Source of the DNA: Octopus vulgaris | Taxonomy: Eukaryota | Length of the DNA: 64,000 bases | Assembly (NCBI GenBank): GCA_951406725.2 | Contig: OX597824.1 | Span: 6,324,001 to 6,388,000 of the forward strand | Direction: 5' to 3' | Part shown: piece after piece, positions 38,402-53,070 of the stretch | Numbering within the stretch: the stretch's first letter is position 1 | Layout: each line of letters opens with the position of its first letter | Notes under the pieces: model-generated | Databases searched by the model: none | Told to the model about the DNA's origin: nothing | What the model saw: the letters and a program-made list of their open reading frames with translations, nothing else | Program-made: the position numbers and the translations under genes

Positions 38402-40069
38402 GAGCTGAATATGACTTGCTTGCTTGCTGTGCTGAACAGTAATTGAATATCTATAGCAGAACTTTACCTGCGTTCATATTTAACCAATATACATTAAATA
38501 AGCATGATGATTTAACCTAAACCAATAGACACATTGTGGACAACGCAGTCTTATGATATGATGTTAAATTAATTTGATACAAATAGGGAAGGAACCAAAG
38601 AGCGATTGAATCCGAACGTAGCAAATCACTGAAAGTTCTAAAGTTCAAAAAGCAGCCATACTGTTGACTTGCATGTCCAACATTAAATAGACAAATAAAT
38701 ATATTCACCTGACGCAAAAGGAAATGTGACAAAAGTATCAACGAATTACACAATATTTAATAAACATAAAAGCAAGCAAAAAAAAATACTAGGATAAGGA
38801 AACTGAACAAAAGGTATTTATAAAAACCTTGCAACGAAATGATTTTCTATGCAGAACACATATTGTTTAGGAATCCGTGTCGTAAGCAGGTGATTTTCTT
38901 CCGAAACGAAGTGCAGTAGCTATTGATAATTAGAACGTGGACGGATTGAATTATTTATAAAACCGGTCGTAAAGATACGGCACTGAGCAATTTGACAACC
39001 TGTCAAACGTTATCTGAATAATGTATAACACACGAACAATAGTCACACGAACAATAGTCACATGATAATAGTCACATGATAATGTTTTAGAAAGTGACAG
39101 TATTTGTGAACCTCTACATTGGTAAATACAAGTTAGCAGTTCTTTCAATGCTTGAATAACGGTTTACCGCATCGAGTGCCGTTTTAAACAAGACAATTGT
39201 TGGGTAGTCGTATTTGGCAGCTCTTATTTCCAATCAAATTATCTTCCCCAAGGCATTCGCAGAGAATATTTCAGTAGATTATGTTTTTAGAAGCGTGAGA
39301 GCTGCAGCTGGGCAACTCGACTATAGACTTAATGACCCATAAATTGAATTCAGTTACTGATGTTTGGATTATATTCGCTTAACTCTGACATTATTTAACG
39401 CAACGTGCAATAAATAAGTTCTGTAGAAGGGATCAGATTGAAGCTATAAATTCCCTACCATTTCGTAATTGAAATGCGCTTTCTTCGGTTTTACTACGGA
39501 GCCTGAATGACACTACGTCTCACATGTAGAACGATGAATGGCTTCCAGCAGTTTCTTTCACATTTCTTAACTTCTTCGATTTCCAGGGAATGAAGCAGTG
39601 CTGAAGATGCTTGCAGGATTTCCCAGTCCCTTGAGACTGTACTATTAACATTCCTCTTTTGTAAATCAGCCCCTTCGGAAAAGACATGAGCATAGAAGGA
39701 AATCCAGAAGACCGATATTCGTGAAAGGAAGAACTATGCATACATATTATGTGGAGTTAGGCACAGCAAGGGGAATAAGAGGGATGAGATGGGATTGTGT
39801 TATATCGCACGATCGGATGACCTCTCCTCAACTCCTCGACGTCTAGACTTCTCCCTTTATATCTACGTATTGGGCTAGCCTACTTCATCGTCTGGGGGCG
39901 TCGACACAACAGATTACATGAATGAATGTGGCATGAGACTATCCAACTTCGAAAAGCAGAAGTCCTTGTAGTATAAGTAGAACCGACAAAGAGAGGAGAC
40001 ACCGAAGCTAGACAGTGTCCTGGAATAATTTCATAATTACTCGCAAACATTCTAAACCATTCTAAAATA

Positions 40070-40220
40070 CATATTGGTTTCAAATCTTGGCTGAAGGCCA
40101 GCAAATTCGGGAAAGTGTTTAAGTCGCCTAAATCGACCCCAGTGCTCAATTGATATTTATTTTATTGACTCCGAAATGATGGAAGGCAAAGCTGACCTCA
40201 GCAGAATTTGAACTCAGAAC
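40070..40220 (-). mobile_element. Old family A-related SINE fragment
   Basis: atcgaccccagtgctc...ggaaggcaaagctgacctcagcagaatttgaactcagaac. Confidence 0.7.
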
Positions 40221-40937
40221 TTTATACCAATATCTGGTCTACAATGTTTGAAAGTCCAGGAACGTTATCACTCCATATATGAGAGCAAGATTATGCACAA
40301 CTCAGATTCTCTTCCAGTGGTCGGTAAAATAATTATTAGTAAAATCCTGAGATACCAAATAAAATAAAGCTCAGACAATACCTATTGCATTTTAAATGCT
40401 GTGTATTAGGCCATGTTCATTAGTTATTGCCAATAACGGTAGATTTCGCTTTGATCGTTGGATTTAATTAACGGTTTCTCACTTATTAGAAGATTAACAC
40501 GAATGGAAGAATACACAAGCTTCCTTTCTTTCTGTTTATATTCATAAATATATATCGGGAATGCCCCGGCGATGTTCTGGCTCTCCTAATTATTATACCA
40601 ATGAAATATAGTTTAATCAATCAGATCTTTCTTATCATTAACAGCAGCCTTACTTTTCAGATTTATTTTCTGACAAAGATTATTTTCTCATGGAGCTTAT
40701 TTACGGTAATAATTTCTTTTAATCATAGGATTATTTGATCAGAGCTAAACTGGGACTAAGCAACAACAACAACAATAATAATGATAATAATAAAAAACAA
40801 TGGAAGGGTTTCTCCGTGGTTGCTCGACCTTTTAAAAATAGCGTCTTTATCTTCCTCAAATCTGAACGCTTTGAAGTAAAGTACATTCAAGTACATATGA
40901 GATGCTGTAGTCTTAGATCCACATAGAAACTACTCGG

Positions 40938-41390
40938 AGGCGGCGAGTTGGCAGAAGTGTTAGCACGCCGGGCGAAATGCTTAGCGGTATTTCGTCTGCC
41001 GTTACGTTCTGAGTTCAAATTCCGCTGAGGTCGACTTTGCCTTTCATCCTTTCGGGGTCGATAAATTAAGTACCAGTTACTCACTGGGGTCGATGTACTC
41101 GACTTAATCCCTTTGTTTGTCCTTGTTTTTCCCCTCTATGTTTAGCCCCTTGTGGGCAATAAAAAAATAAGAAACGTTAGCATGCCGGGCGAAATGCTTA
41201 GCGGTATTTCGTCTGCCGTTACGTTCTGAGTTCAAATTCCGCCGAGGTCGAATTTGCCTTTAATCCTTTCGGGGTCGATAAATTAAGTACCAGTTACTCA
41301 CTGCGGTCGATGTAATCGACTTTATCCCTTTGTCTGTCCTTGTTTGTCCCCTCTGTGTTTAGCCCCTTGTGAGTAGTAAAGAAACAAGAA
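40938..41390 (+). mobile_element. SINE family A tandem dimer
   Basis: Full unit to about 41170, then a second unit restarting at gaaacgttagca. Confidence 0.9.
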
Positions 41391-41845
41391 AGATCACAGA
41401 AGACCACAGTTTTTGATCAAATTTGCTTCGTTGCAAAGCATCAACGACAATTACAATAAACCCATGGTTTATATGTTTTATACTTTTCTACAGGAACTGA
41501 AACTGTTTTTGTCTATTTCATCTCATGTATGAACCAATGAAAACAGTAAGAATTTTAAGATAGCAATTTAGTTTGTTGGTCCTATATAACGCTCTAGTTT
41601 TAAAAACCTCCGTTCACCTCCCGTTCGCCCGAACCACAAACATCAATTTCTTATTGGTTCTAAAGTTGTTTTGATTATATGCTTTCCAGCTATGACCAAC
41701 ACGATTCTTTTCCTTCTCTTCTCTTTTTTTTTTCCTGTTTTTCTTTTTTTTTCTTTTTGTATACTTAGACCTGCATTCTAGGGTGTGATTAACGACAGGT
41801 AACCTCCCGCGATAGGAAAGTAATTAAAAATGTGTCATTGTATTA

Positions 41846-42154
41846 ACGTCGCCCTTTTCAAGCCTAGCCAGGCTCATGGGCCCGGTTTCCCGGTTTCTGT
41901 GCCGTATGTGTTCCCCCCCAGCTGGACGGGACGCCAGTCCATCACAGCGTTACTCAAGAAACCGAAAGTGTGAGTGAGAGAAAGTTGTGGCGAAAGAGTA
42001 CAACAGGTGTCGCCCCCCACCCCCTACTGGAGCCTCGTGGAGCTTTTAGGTGTTTTCGCTCAATAAAGACACACAGCGCCTGGTCTGGGAATCGAAACCG
42101 CGATCCTCCGACCGCGAGTCTGCTGCCTTAACCACTGGGCCATTGCGCCTCCAC
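41846..42154 (-). mobile_element. SINE family C (tRNA-derived head, probably Arg; tail type 1), probably related to the octopus OR SINEs
   Basis: Head gtggaggcgcaatggcccagtggtt...ggtttcgattcc; 13-bp TSD tgtcattgtatta (41833-41845, 42155-42167); family name is from recall and not verified. Confidence 0.85.
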
Positions 42155-42179
42155 TGTCATTGTATTACTGACGTTTATT

Positions 42180-42780
42180 CCACCAACTCTTGAAACTCAA
42201 ACTAGACTCCGCCTTAACATGATCCAAAGCTTAACTATCCAAACTGACAGTACAGTGTGACCCAAACAATGCAGCATTGATAAGCTTTTGCACTTGTTTG
42301 TTGATGTTCCAGGTCACACAACCGCATGTACTGATTCCTCATTCTTATCGACAGCCGTTTATTTGACTATATAAGTTTTGATCTTTCCAAAAGCATCTTT
42401 GGCTTATCCAAACTTTAACTTAATTTCCTCGATATATTTCCCGTTTTGATGTAATAATGGTTCCTAAATATTTAAAGCCATCGATTCATGTCAAGGTTGT
42501 TCTATTAATTCTTTTCATCATCTATAATATCGATATTATATCATGAGCAATAGTTGCCAGCCAAGATTTTGGCTCATTTTATAACATATATTCTCAGATC
42601 AATAATTCCATTTCTTAATAAATACCCTAATGCAACTTAAAATAATAGCATCCACCTGTATTTCCGACCACACCATTTTTCAATATTGACGTTCACTTTT
42701 CTCAAAAATATTTTGTTGTACATCTTTCAACATATTCGTTAAATGAAAATTTCACAAGTTTTTGTAATGGTAACAACTAG
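42180..42780 (-). mobile_element. RTE-like LINE RT remnant
   Basis: Minus strand IDGFKYLGTIITSK..GKYIEEIK..AKDAFGKIK, matching the RTE FKYLG..IT...EI..RI..AK.AF pattern. Confidence 0.6.
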
Positions 42781-42896
42781 GGAAGTCAGCCAACAGAAAC
42801 CTGTGAAGCATTTGCTTCTGTGGTGTACAATTTCCTTCGATTCGCCATACAAGTTGTGGTCTCATACATACATATATACATACATACATACATACA

Positions 42897-42927
<31 letters not shown>

Positions 42928-42979
42928 GTGTGTGTGTGTGTGCGTGTATCCATGTATGTATTTATGCATATAGATATAT

Positions 42980-43350
42980 TCTTTTACTTGTTTCAGTCAT
43001 TTGACTGTGGCCATGCCGGAGCACCACCTTTAATCCAGCAAATCGACCCCAGGACTTACTCTTTGTAAGCCTAGTACTTATTCTATCGGATTTCTCTTGC
43101 CGAACTGCTAAGTTACGTTGACGTAAACACACCACTATCGGTTGTCTAGCGATGTTGTGGGAGGAAACACAGACACACACACACACACACATACATATGT
43201 ACATATACATATATACGACGGGTTTCTTTCAGTTTCCGTCTATCAAATCCACTCACAAGGCTTTGGTCATCCCGAGGCTATAGTAGAAGACACTTGCCCA
43301 AGGTGCCACGCAATGGGAATGAACCCGAAACCTTGTGGTTGGGAAGTAAA
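42980..43350 (-). mobile_element. SINE family B, 5'-truncated
   Basis: Matches the other copies. Confidence 0.9.
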
Positions 43351-43419
43351 CGTACCTTATATACCACGAGTAACCCGTCGAATAAAACATGCTCTTGAAT
43401 TTGTTATATTAGCCATGAT

Positions 43420-43590
43420 CATCTAAGTCTTGAGTTCAAGCACTGCCGAGATTAGCTTTGCCTTTCTTCATTCCGGGTACGTTAAAAAAATTACGAGAGT
43501 TAGTTACAGGTCGATAGAAATCAATATAATTAGTGATCCCCTCATTCTAAATCTATGGTCTTTTGCCCATTTTAAACATCATATATTAGA
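43420..43590 (+). mobile_element. Old family A-related SINE fragment
   Basis: gagttcaagcactgccgagattagctttgcctttcttcattccggg. Confidence 0.55.
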
Positions 43591-43833
43591 AGTAATGGTC
43601 GATATGTATCGTGTTCCTATTGTTTCCAAATGTACGAAGCGCGTGATGTTAAACGACTTCCATCAAGAATTGAAACTGGGCCAATGCAACAACTTACTCT
43701 TTTCTATCGTCTCTCCCTTTCTCCCTTTTCTGCCTCTCTGTCTCTCCTCTCTCTCTCTCTCTCTCTCTCTTTACATATATATGTCTGTGTATGTAAATAA
43801 ATGTATGAATATACATATATATGTAGAAGTGAG

Positions 43834-43867
<34 letters not shown>

Positions 43868-43913
43868 CGTAGTATATTTGATATAGATGTGTATTATACT
43901 ATATGCATATTTT

Positions 43914-43992
<79 letters not shown>

Positions 43993-44996
43993 TTTTGACG
44001 GATATTTAAAAACGATAACGAGGCATGTAAAAATGAGAAGACTAAATACTAACAGGCGTAACAAATTGATTGCAAAATTAGTTTTAATTGGTAAACCGTC
44101 TAGAGAAGCTTGGAGTTTCAACTGACGGCTTGGAGTTTCAACTGACGGCTTATTCAATCAAAAATGCAATTTAAGAAAAAATTCTAAAAGTGTTCCCACC
44201 ACGGATTCGAGCTCACAGCAGTCATTTGATGTTAATGTACCACGATACCGATTCGAAGATTTAGACACTGAAAGTGCTTCACTGCCGAAGTAAGAAACCT
44301 AAATATGTTTTTTATTGGATTAAATTGACAAACAGTTACCCACTAATATACGGCAATAATCACAGAAAGCTTAGCAGCAGATAAGCAATCACCACTTAGC
44401 ATCTAACATGGAAGTTCTAAATTTTATAACATAGAGAATTGATTCTCAAACGGTGTACCGTGCACATTTGATAAGGTATGTATCTTAAGGCTTCTGAAAA
44501 TCCAGATTAATGTGCAAGAGCATTTTAGAAAACTATGAGTTCTAAAACACGGTAGGCATTTTGTTTTATATGTATTTCTTCTCGAAACTTTATTGAATTA
44601 ATTTTGTTGTCTTAAAATTTTCTATTTGAATTTCACCACTAATCCTTGAAGTCCTATGCAAAATGCACAAGCAATTTTTGTTTATTTTTCCATTGTGCCA
44701 CGAAAAAAGTTTCATAGAACTCCGATAGTATATGAATAATAATTAGCTATGTGGTTAAGGGTTTGGCGTACATATGTGTGTGTGTGTGTGTGTGCATCTG
44801 TGTTTATAATGGAGTGTGCGTATGTCTGGCTATCGGGCTGTCAGTCCGTACGTGTGCATGTGTGTTTGTGTGTGTTTTTGTGTGTGTGTATCTGTGTTTA
44901 TGATGGAGTGTGTCACTGTTTGTCTGGTTGTCTGTGCGCACGTGTGCATGTGTGTGTGTGTATGTGTGTGTGTTGTGTGTGTGTGTGTGTGTGTGT

Positions 44997-45100
<104 letters not shown>

Positions 45101-46117
45101 TGCTTTATTCTTGGCGTTTTCTATATGTACTCCAACTTGAAACATAAACGACGTAAATACCACTAAGGCGCTTAATTCTGGTGAGATTAAATTTATTTCC
45201 CAAATTGTTTTACCGAATTCTTCTTTTTTTCTTTTCTAAATAAATTCTTTGATTATCAATATGTGTATATGTTGTTTTTATCTCATTTGAAAATCTTTTT
45301 AACAGAGCAATTCCATTTCTTAAAAAGAATTCCTTTAAAATCTTTAAAATCTTGTTCTGTTCAATTCCGTTAATGCTAATAAGATGATTATTTAAATAAA
45401 TGTAACTAATACAGAATTTTAATTATTACTTCCAGAAAATTTCTCCCTTTCTCTTTAATTTTTTAATCTTCCATACTGCTTGCTAGAACACTTTTAATCA
45501 AATTCTGCGAAATACATCAAGAATTATGGAATTATATTTATAAATATACATAAAATTATTAAAAATTCCATATTTTACTAAAATTACATTAAGTAATTTT
45601 CGTTACGGAATTTCAATTTTTTTAACATTTGTGCATATTTAATGAACAATTTCAGACTAAAACAGCATAATTTCATAGTATACTTGCTTGTTTTAGCTTT
45701 AAAACATGTTATGTCGGAGAGATTGTCTAGATTATTCAATACAAGAAAATCAAAAATACCGTAATATACGAATGCGTGCAAATATTTGCGTTTCCCCTCC
45801 AGAAGATATCCAGAGGTGACAACAAAATAAATACTAAGCCTTAGAAAATAAGTATTCGGGTTGGATTATCATATTAAAATCTGCAAAGTGGTGTCCCAGC
45901 ATGGCCGTAGTTTCATGTCTGAAACAAGGACAATGTTGAAGATTAAATCTATGTATTGTGTGCATGTATCTAAGTATATATATATACCTCGACCTCGTGT
46001 GTACCGTTGGCGATTTTTTTCCCTCTGTCTTCCCTTCTTTCCTGAGCGTCCAATAATACTATATTTGTTCCACGTCCTCGCGTTGTTGTGTTTTTTTGTG
46101 TTTTCTTGTTTGGATTA

Positions 46118-46166
<49 letters not shown>

Positions 46167-46191
46167 CCTTCTCACTATCTCTCTCTTTTTA

Positions 46192-46231
<40 letters not shown>

Positions 46232-46233
46232 GG

Positions 46234-46464
46234 TCTAGATCTTGCACCCTGTTACTTTTGGTTGTTCTCCAAGTTGAAGAAGAAAACGAAAGAGCCTGTG
46301 ACAAGAATCCTGGAAACTCTCACATTGGAGGCCCACCGTGGTTCCTTCTCGAAGATACTCAAGCGCCACAACAATTGCACTAAAGTCACAGGATTCTACT
46401 TGGAAGGAGAGTTTTATTGTTTTTCTCTGCTGAAAAAGTAGCAAAGCTTCTGGAATTTACTTCG
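46234..46464 (+). mobile_element. mariner transposon 3' remnant
   Basis: LDLAPCYFWLFSKLKK, the mariner SPDLAP(C/S)DFWLF.KLK motif; ends ...cg|TA. Confidence 0.65.
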
Positions 46465-46476
46465 TAGTTTTGTGTG

Positions 46477-46544
<68 letters not shown>

Positions 46545-46610
46545 TGTGTGTGTGTCTGTGTCTGTGTCTGTGTGTGTGCGCGTGTGTGTGTGTACAAATG
46601 AATGTACGTG

Positions 46611-46676
<66 letters not shown>

Positions 46677-46857
46677 AAGAGAGGGAGAGGGAGGGAGGGA
46701 GAGAGACAGAAAGAGAGAGAGGCGACAAACAGACAGAAACAAAAATAGACAGAAGAGAGAAAGACAGACAGACAGACAGACATACAGACCGATCGACAGG
46801 TATACAGACAGACAGACAGACCGATCGACAGGTAGACAGACAGACAGACAGACAGAC

Positions 46858-46931
<74 letters not shown>

Positions 46932-47159
46932 GGTTTTATATACATATATATATATATGTACATACATACACTTTCGTTCCACATAAACAGCCCTTTAACG
47001 CCGAGGCTTCTTCAATTTTCCAACAGCTGCTATTACGTTCTCCGCTTATTTGGTCTACAGATCGGGAAAAGGCCTCTGACAAGAGCAAACATCTACCTGA
47101 GAATGTCGAACTAAACCCGCTTTTGCTCATTTACCAAACGAACAAAAATGGTTTGCGAA

Positions 47160-48300
47160 TTACTTGCAGAATATATTTTCAATTTCTATTCAACTTAATT
47201 CCAGATACTCTTTTCCGATTTCCCGTATCACATTTTGATGATCAAACGACTTTTTCCTTGATGTTACATCTTCCAGACTAACGCATTACTCTCCGTGGCT
47301 TCCGATCCTTTTCCAAGATTTTCCATTTATTAAGATTTATTTCTAGATCTTTAATATTTCCAATGGTTTATCCCTAAAAGGAAACTATCCAAATAGCTAC
47401 TCGCGCAATAAATCTGGTCATAAAAGTAAGGCCTGTGATCTCCAATATCTCTCGTCTAATCATATATTCTGAACATCTAAAAGGAATCGATATGAAGATC
47501 CACAATCAAAATTGTAAACTTCTCAATGCACAACATGTGTTTCAAATTCAAGCTTCAATTTACGTAAGCGTCGTAGTGTCATCTGTAGCACCAACACCGA
47601 TATAAGTAATCGAAAGAAATGGTTTCAAAGCTTTTCCATTTATATATAGCAAAGATAATACTAATCGGATATAATTTGGTATCCAAATTCACTTTTCGCA
47701 AAGTTTTCGATACTGATGCAATGTTGTCTACAGTACTCTGCATCTTCAAAAATGTTTAAACAATAAAATTTCATTTATCAGCAAAGGCAAAAAGCCTCGT
47801 GCTCCTACTTAAGCAATTTCCGACTGCTATCTTCACCAAGATAAAACTGCTTATCCTGTTTCTCTTATAATAAGCTGTCTCCTTAAGCGTTCAAAATAAT
47901 TTTTCCATCATCTTGGCTTAACAGCCCTCATCGTTTGTTTTTACTGTGTTATTCTCTTTGTTCTGTCTTTTACTGTTTTTACTGTCTTGTTTTGTTCTTC
48001 GTGTCCTGTTCTTGTTACCACTTTACCCCTCAGCAAAAAATCCCAAATTTTATTTAATTTGCTTTGCGGGAAGGACGGTTTCAACTAAGTCGCGTCTTGT
48101 CTTTACCTTCGTAACGCGGAGTAGACGAAACAGAGACAACTGAAGATGGGGAATATTCATTGTACAGTGTTTTTTCGTTGTTTGAAAAATTGGTTCGTTT
48201 CCATGTTTTTGTTTTTATGTTTTCGTTTCTCATTGTGTTCAACGTTTAATTGATGTCCTGTACCCATATATGCATGTATATATACATATAGATGTAGATA
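47160..48300 (+). mobile_element. Very decayed PLE-like remnant ending in a pLTR-like segment
   Basis: LNS...FFLDVT near 47195-47270; terminal gacaactgaagat...gtcctgtacccatatatgcat is shared with 52225-52360. Confidence 0.35.
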
Positions 48301-48336
48301 TTACATATATGTATGTATATATGCATATATTTATTT

Positions 48337-48390
<54 letters not shown>

Positions 48391-48420
48391 TACATATATA
48401 TATATATACAGATATTAGAC

Positions 48421-48463
<43 letters not shown>

Positions 48464-48939
48464 TATTTCTCTTTTCTTTATTCCTCCCTTCCTGTCTTGG
48501 ATTTGACCTTACAAATACATTCCCTACTTTTAGGTCACTTTAAATAAAACCCTCGATTCAATAGCACTGTGACTTGGAATGACCAATTTTAAATACTATT
48601 GGATTTTACTCACAATGTATTGGAATCTTATATGTATACCATTCTTCCTAAATAATGGATCTACAAATGCAATATCCCTGCATATCTCACATCAATTTTC
48701 ATTCCTCCACTTCACTCTCTATTTCGTATCTTATCTAAATTCACTATTGCTTAACCATCGTCTCACACCGTCACCGATGATGGAATATAATAAATATCCT
48801 GGAAACAGCTATAAGACCTTCTATTTACATATATATGTATCTCTGAATATATGTAGATATCCTTTTTCCTGAGAATAAAATATAATATCCTTCATATTAA
48901 ATCCGGTATAATAGATATGTTATCTTATATCTTTTTTTT

Positions 48940-49341
48940 TTCTTTTTACTTGTTTCAGCCATTTGACTGCGGCCATGCTGGAGCACCGCCTTTAATCGAG
49001 CAACTCGACCCCGAGACTTATTCTTTTGTAAGCCTAGTACTTATTCTATCGGTCTCTTTTGCCGAACCGCTAAGTAACGGGGATATAAACACACCAGCAT
49101 CGGTTGTCAAGCAATGCTAGGGGGACAAACACAGATACACAAACACACACACGCATATACCTATATATATACATATATACGACAGGCTTCTTTCAGTTTC
49201 CGTCTACCAAATCCACTCACAAGGCATTGGTCGGCCCGGGGCTATAGCAGAAGACACTTGCCCAAGATGCCACGCAGTGGGACTGAACCCGGAACCATGT
49301 GGTTGGTTAGCAAGCTACTTACCACACAGCCACTCCTGCGC
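48940..49341 (-). mobile_element. SINE family B
   Basis: Matches the other copies. Confidence 0.9.
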
Positions 49342-50081
49342 ATATATATATATATATTTAGTAGTAAACTTGTTAGCTTTTCATTTATAAATTGTTTAGT
49401 TCTTCCGACTAAATATGTAGAGCAGAAAGGAGCGCGATATCTCGTTACGATGGATATAGAAAGATCGGGCTTTATGGTGGTCAAATGGTAAAAGTATACG
49501 AGCGTATTTATCGGAGGTAAAACTATTTCGGAAATGGAAATATTCTGTAAACAAAATATGACCAAATAATCTTTCATATATGTTTACTTGTGAATTGGTT
49601 CCAGTCATTTCACAGTGGCCATGATGGTGCACCGCAGGGGATGGTTGTTGCCGATTTATCATCTCCCATTATTTAGTGACTTCGTAGGAAGCACCGGAAG
49701 GACAGTTTAGATGTAAAAGTTGTCTTTCTAAAGCATAATCGCATTTCCTACGTTACTTTGTTTGACACGCTGCTTCAGAAATCCTATTTCGAAATAGATA
49801 CATACATAAATATGTACATTCATACATATACAGATACATACATATATACATATGTGTGTGTGTGTATATGTATATACATACACATATAGATATATATACA
49901 CATATGTACATATATATGTATATATATGAATATGTGTGTTTACATATATAGATTTAAGCATGAATATGAAAACTATGCTGACTTATCGAAGATTTATTTA
50001 ATATGGAATATTAATGTTAAACACAAGCGTACACACATGCACGCACGCACACACACATACATACATAAATACATAACTACA

Positions 50082-50117
<36 letters not shown>

Positions 50118-50120
<3 letters not shown>

Positions 50121-50262
50121 GAGGCGCAATGGCGCAGTGGTTAGGGCACCACGTGTCTGTGGAGTGCTCAGCCACTTACACGTTAATTTCACGAGCAGGC
50201 TGTTCCGTTGATTCGGATCAACCGGAACCCTCATCGTCGTAACCGACGGAGTGCTTCCATCC
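50118..50262 (+). mobile_element. SINE family C, internally deleted (head joined to tail type 2)
   Basis: gtggaggcgcaatggcgcagtggttagggca joined directly to ccacgtgtctgtggagtgctcagcc...aaccgacggagtgcttcca. Confidence 0.85.
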
Positions 50263-50274
50263 ATATATATATAT

Positions 50275-50465
50275 TGTCGCCATGATAGATCGGTAGCCAC
50301 TACACAGTTTTTTCTCTCCTTGTTTGTTTATGTGTTCTTTGCTGTGGAAGAGCCTAGGCTCGAAACGTAAAATACTTTTTCAATTCCCGAGCGTTATACT
50401 AATACATCTGTTTGTTTTCTACATGACCTGTCTTCGTCTTTTGTTTTCTTCGTGAATTCTCCCCA
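50275..50465 (+). mobile_element. Short PLE-pLTR-like element with degenerate hammerhead motif
   Basis: CTGTGGA-A-GAGC-ctag-GCTC-GAAA-CG-TA-aaa at 50342-50372; homologous to 875-990. Confidence 0.55.
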
Positions 50466-51784
50466 TATATCTTTGTTAACACTGCTATGAAATACACTTA
50501 TTTCCATATAGTTCCGATGAGTGGAGTGAGTATAGAGAAAGACGGAGGGAAAGATGGGAAGGTGAAGAGCGGAGATGACAAAATAAGAAATAGTACTATA
50601 AAGACATCAGTTGATAATAACCGGACAAAGGAGAGATAAGAGAGATTATAAGGGAAATAACGAACACAATACCAGAGAATTTATAGTCGTAGATGTTAAA
50701 TATTAATAACATAGATAAATTTTTGCATGTACATGACTCGCATCGTCGTGCACCAAAAGCACGGATCTGTAATATGATTTGACCTGAGAGTAATAAACGG
50801 TTCCCAATGGATGTATACTGTCCTTTAAAAGGCAGGGGTTAATAACCAAAATGAGGGAAGTAAACAATACAATTACTTCAGGTTTAATTACATACACTGG
50901 TTTCATTCTTTGTTTGTAATCGGTAAGGTTACCAGTAAGCATTCAAGTATTTTAGATGGGAGTTTAGCAAAAAGGCTCGGGTAATATTGTGATAAAATGC
51001 ATGACAGTAACTTAGTATACGAAAAATTAGAAGGATGATTTTATAAGAAAGGAAAATTACTGAATCATGCAATCATTCGTGCGTGAGGGGAAATAAGAAG
51101 CACATTAGCTGCCCCACATGCCATCAAATTAGCCTCTCCTTGTATATTTATATTTCTTTCAATTTTATCTTATATTTTCTAAGCAGTCCAATCCATTTAA
51201 TACCAATTTACTTTATAGTCCATTTAATACCAATTTTGATACCATAATTATCATCTTTAACCACCACAATGCAATTCCATAAACTAGATACCCTTATTCA
51301 AAGGAAATTTATTGATACTGGAGTTGCTATAATTGAACACAGTAACAATTTTCTTGGAAAACAAAGCATAAGGATTATATGACAAAATGTCATGTATGAC
51401 TTTTTTATTTCCTTTATTGTCTCTTTTCTTCCTTTATTTTTTTTTCTCTCCTTGGATCACTCACGTAAATCCTCACACGTTTTATTAATAAGTTTCCGTT
51501 CCGCTACAAAGATCTAAAATAACAATTTTGTATTTATCGGACCTTTTGTTTTTCCTATATTACTAAAGACTGGTATATGAAACTATGATTCACAGTTATC
51601 TTTTGTTGTTCTAAGAACGCACATAGCAGAAAAACTGTGTTAGAGTATAACATTGAGCTTTTTAATTAAATTATATAATCCATTTCGCAGGATCTCATTG
51701 GATAGTTGAGAATTGTCCACTTACTAAACATTTCATTAAAAATAAGCTTATACATTCATACACACAAACACACACACACATATG

Positions 51785-52375
51785 TTTTGATGCGACTCTA
51801 CTCTGTACTGCTTTCTCCCTTTCTCCGTTTTCTACCAGTCTGTCTCTCTTTCTCCCCTCTTTCTCTTTTCTCTCTCTCGTTGCTCACACGTGACCATCGT
51901 TCATCTTTCTTTTCCTCACGTGACCTCCTTTCTTTTCGTGCACGACGTCATAAGGACTGGACGTCTTCTATCAATCTCTTCTTTCTTTTCTCTTTTCAAA
52001 GAAAATATTTCTCCCAGCGTTCACTATTTTCCTCTCGTTCTGGTCTAACGACCCTCCATGTTTGTTTTGGTTCGGTTTCCTTATATGTCTCTACTGTCCT
52101 GTTTTTGCTCCCAACTCTGACCCTCCATACATCCAAATTTTTTATTTGGAAGTTATGAGAGCAACTGTCAGCGAAGACTCATATCGTCGTTGATTGCTCG
52201 AAATGGGGAGAAGATAGACATCCGACAACTGATGAAGTGTCGTTCTTTGTGTTACTTGTCCTGTTTTCCATTCTTTCCCTCTTTGCGCATTTAACTCATT
52301 TGTTTTCGTACTTAATGTTGTTTACAGTTGCTGACGTCCTGTATCCATGTATGCATACATATATATACATATATT
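51785..52375 (+). mobile_element. PLE-pLTR-like remnant with decayed hammerhead
   Basis: GTTATGA-GAGCAA...TTGCTC-GAAA at 52152-52203; 3' part related to 48135-48300. Confidence 0.4.
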
Positions 52376-52376
52376 T

Positions 52377-52640
52377 CGTCGCCCTTTTCAAGCCCGGTTT
52401 CCCGGTTTCTATGGCGTATGTGTTCCCCTCACCTGGACAGGACGCCAAGAAACAAGAAGAGAGAGTGAGAGAAAGTTGTGGCTAAATATTACCACAGTGG
52501 TCGCCACCACCCCCTGCCGGAACCTCGTAGAACTTGTAGGTGTTCTCACTAAATAAACACACACAACGCCCGGTCAGGGAATCGAAACCGCGATCCTCCG
52601 ACCGCGAGTCCGCTGCCCTTAGCACTGGGCCATTGCGCCT

Positions 52641-52644
<4 letters not shown>
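52377..52644 (-). mobile_element. SINE family C, tail type 1
   Basis: Homologous to 41846-42154. Confidence 0.85.
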
Positions 52645-52701
<57 letters not shown>

Positions 52702-53070
52702 CGCTTATATGCACGTATATTGACGTGATGGAATAAAAATGTCTTGTGCCCACATTTCTCACCATGGATACTTCAGCAAAACAAAAAATTCTTTCTAATT
52801 AAGTATCATCTTTTTTCTTTATTACTTGCATGTCTCCTGCGTTTGTGACGCTACAATACATTGTTAATACAGGTAAATTTATATTTCCATATAAGGATTT
52901 CTTTACCTTCATATGAGCTGTTAATGATTAAAATCTATGCTACGTGGGGAAAAAAGATGATACAAGATTGAATTAAGAGTTAAAACATGAATAAACTTTA
53001 GAAACAGTAAAAAGCTTTGAAATATTGATTTAGGCATTCATTGAAATACTTAACTGAATACACAAGTGAA

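Noticed and set aside
39520-39741. 73-aa minus-strand ORF in unique sequence (likewise 37345-37611 and 50703-50942)
   Set aside because: No recognisable motif or convincing splice structure; length is compatible with chance.
44105-44151. Short direct repeats (gcttggagtttcaactgacg x2; also 39030-39082 and about 51190-51237) as CRISPR-like arrays
   Set aside because: Simple tandem or near-tandem duplications with no repeat-spacer periodicity, in eukaryotic DNA with no cas genes.
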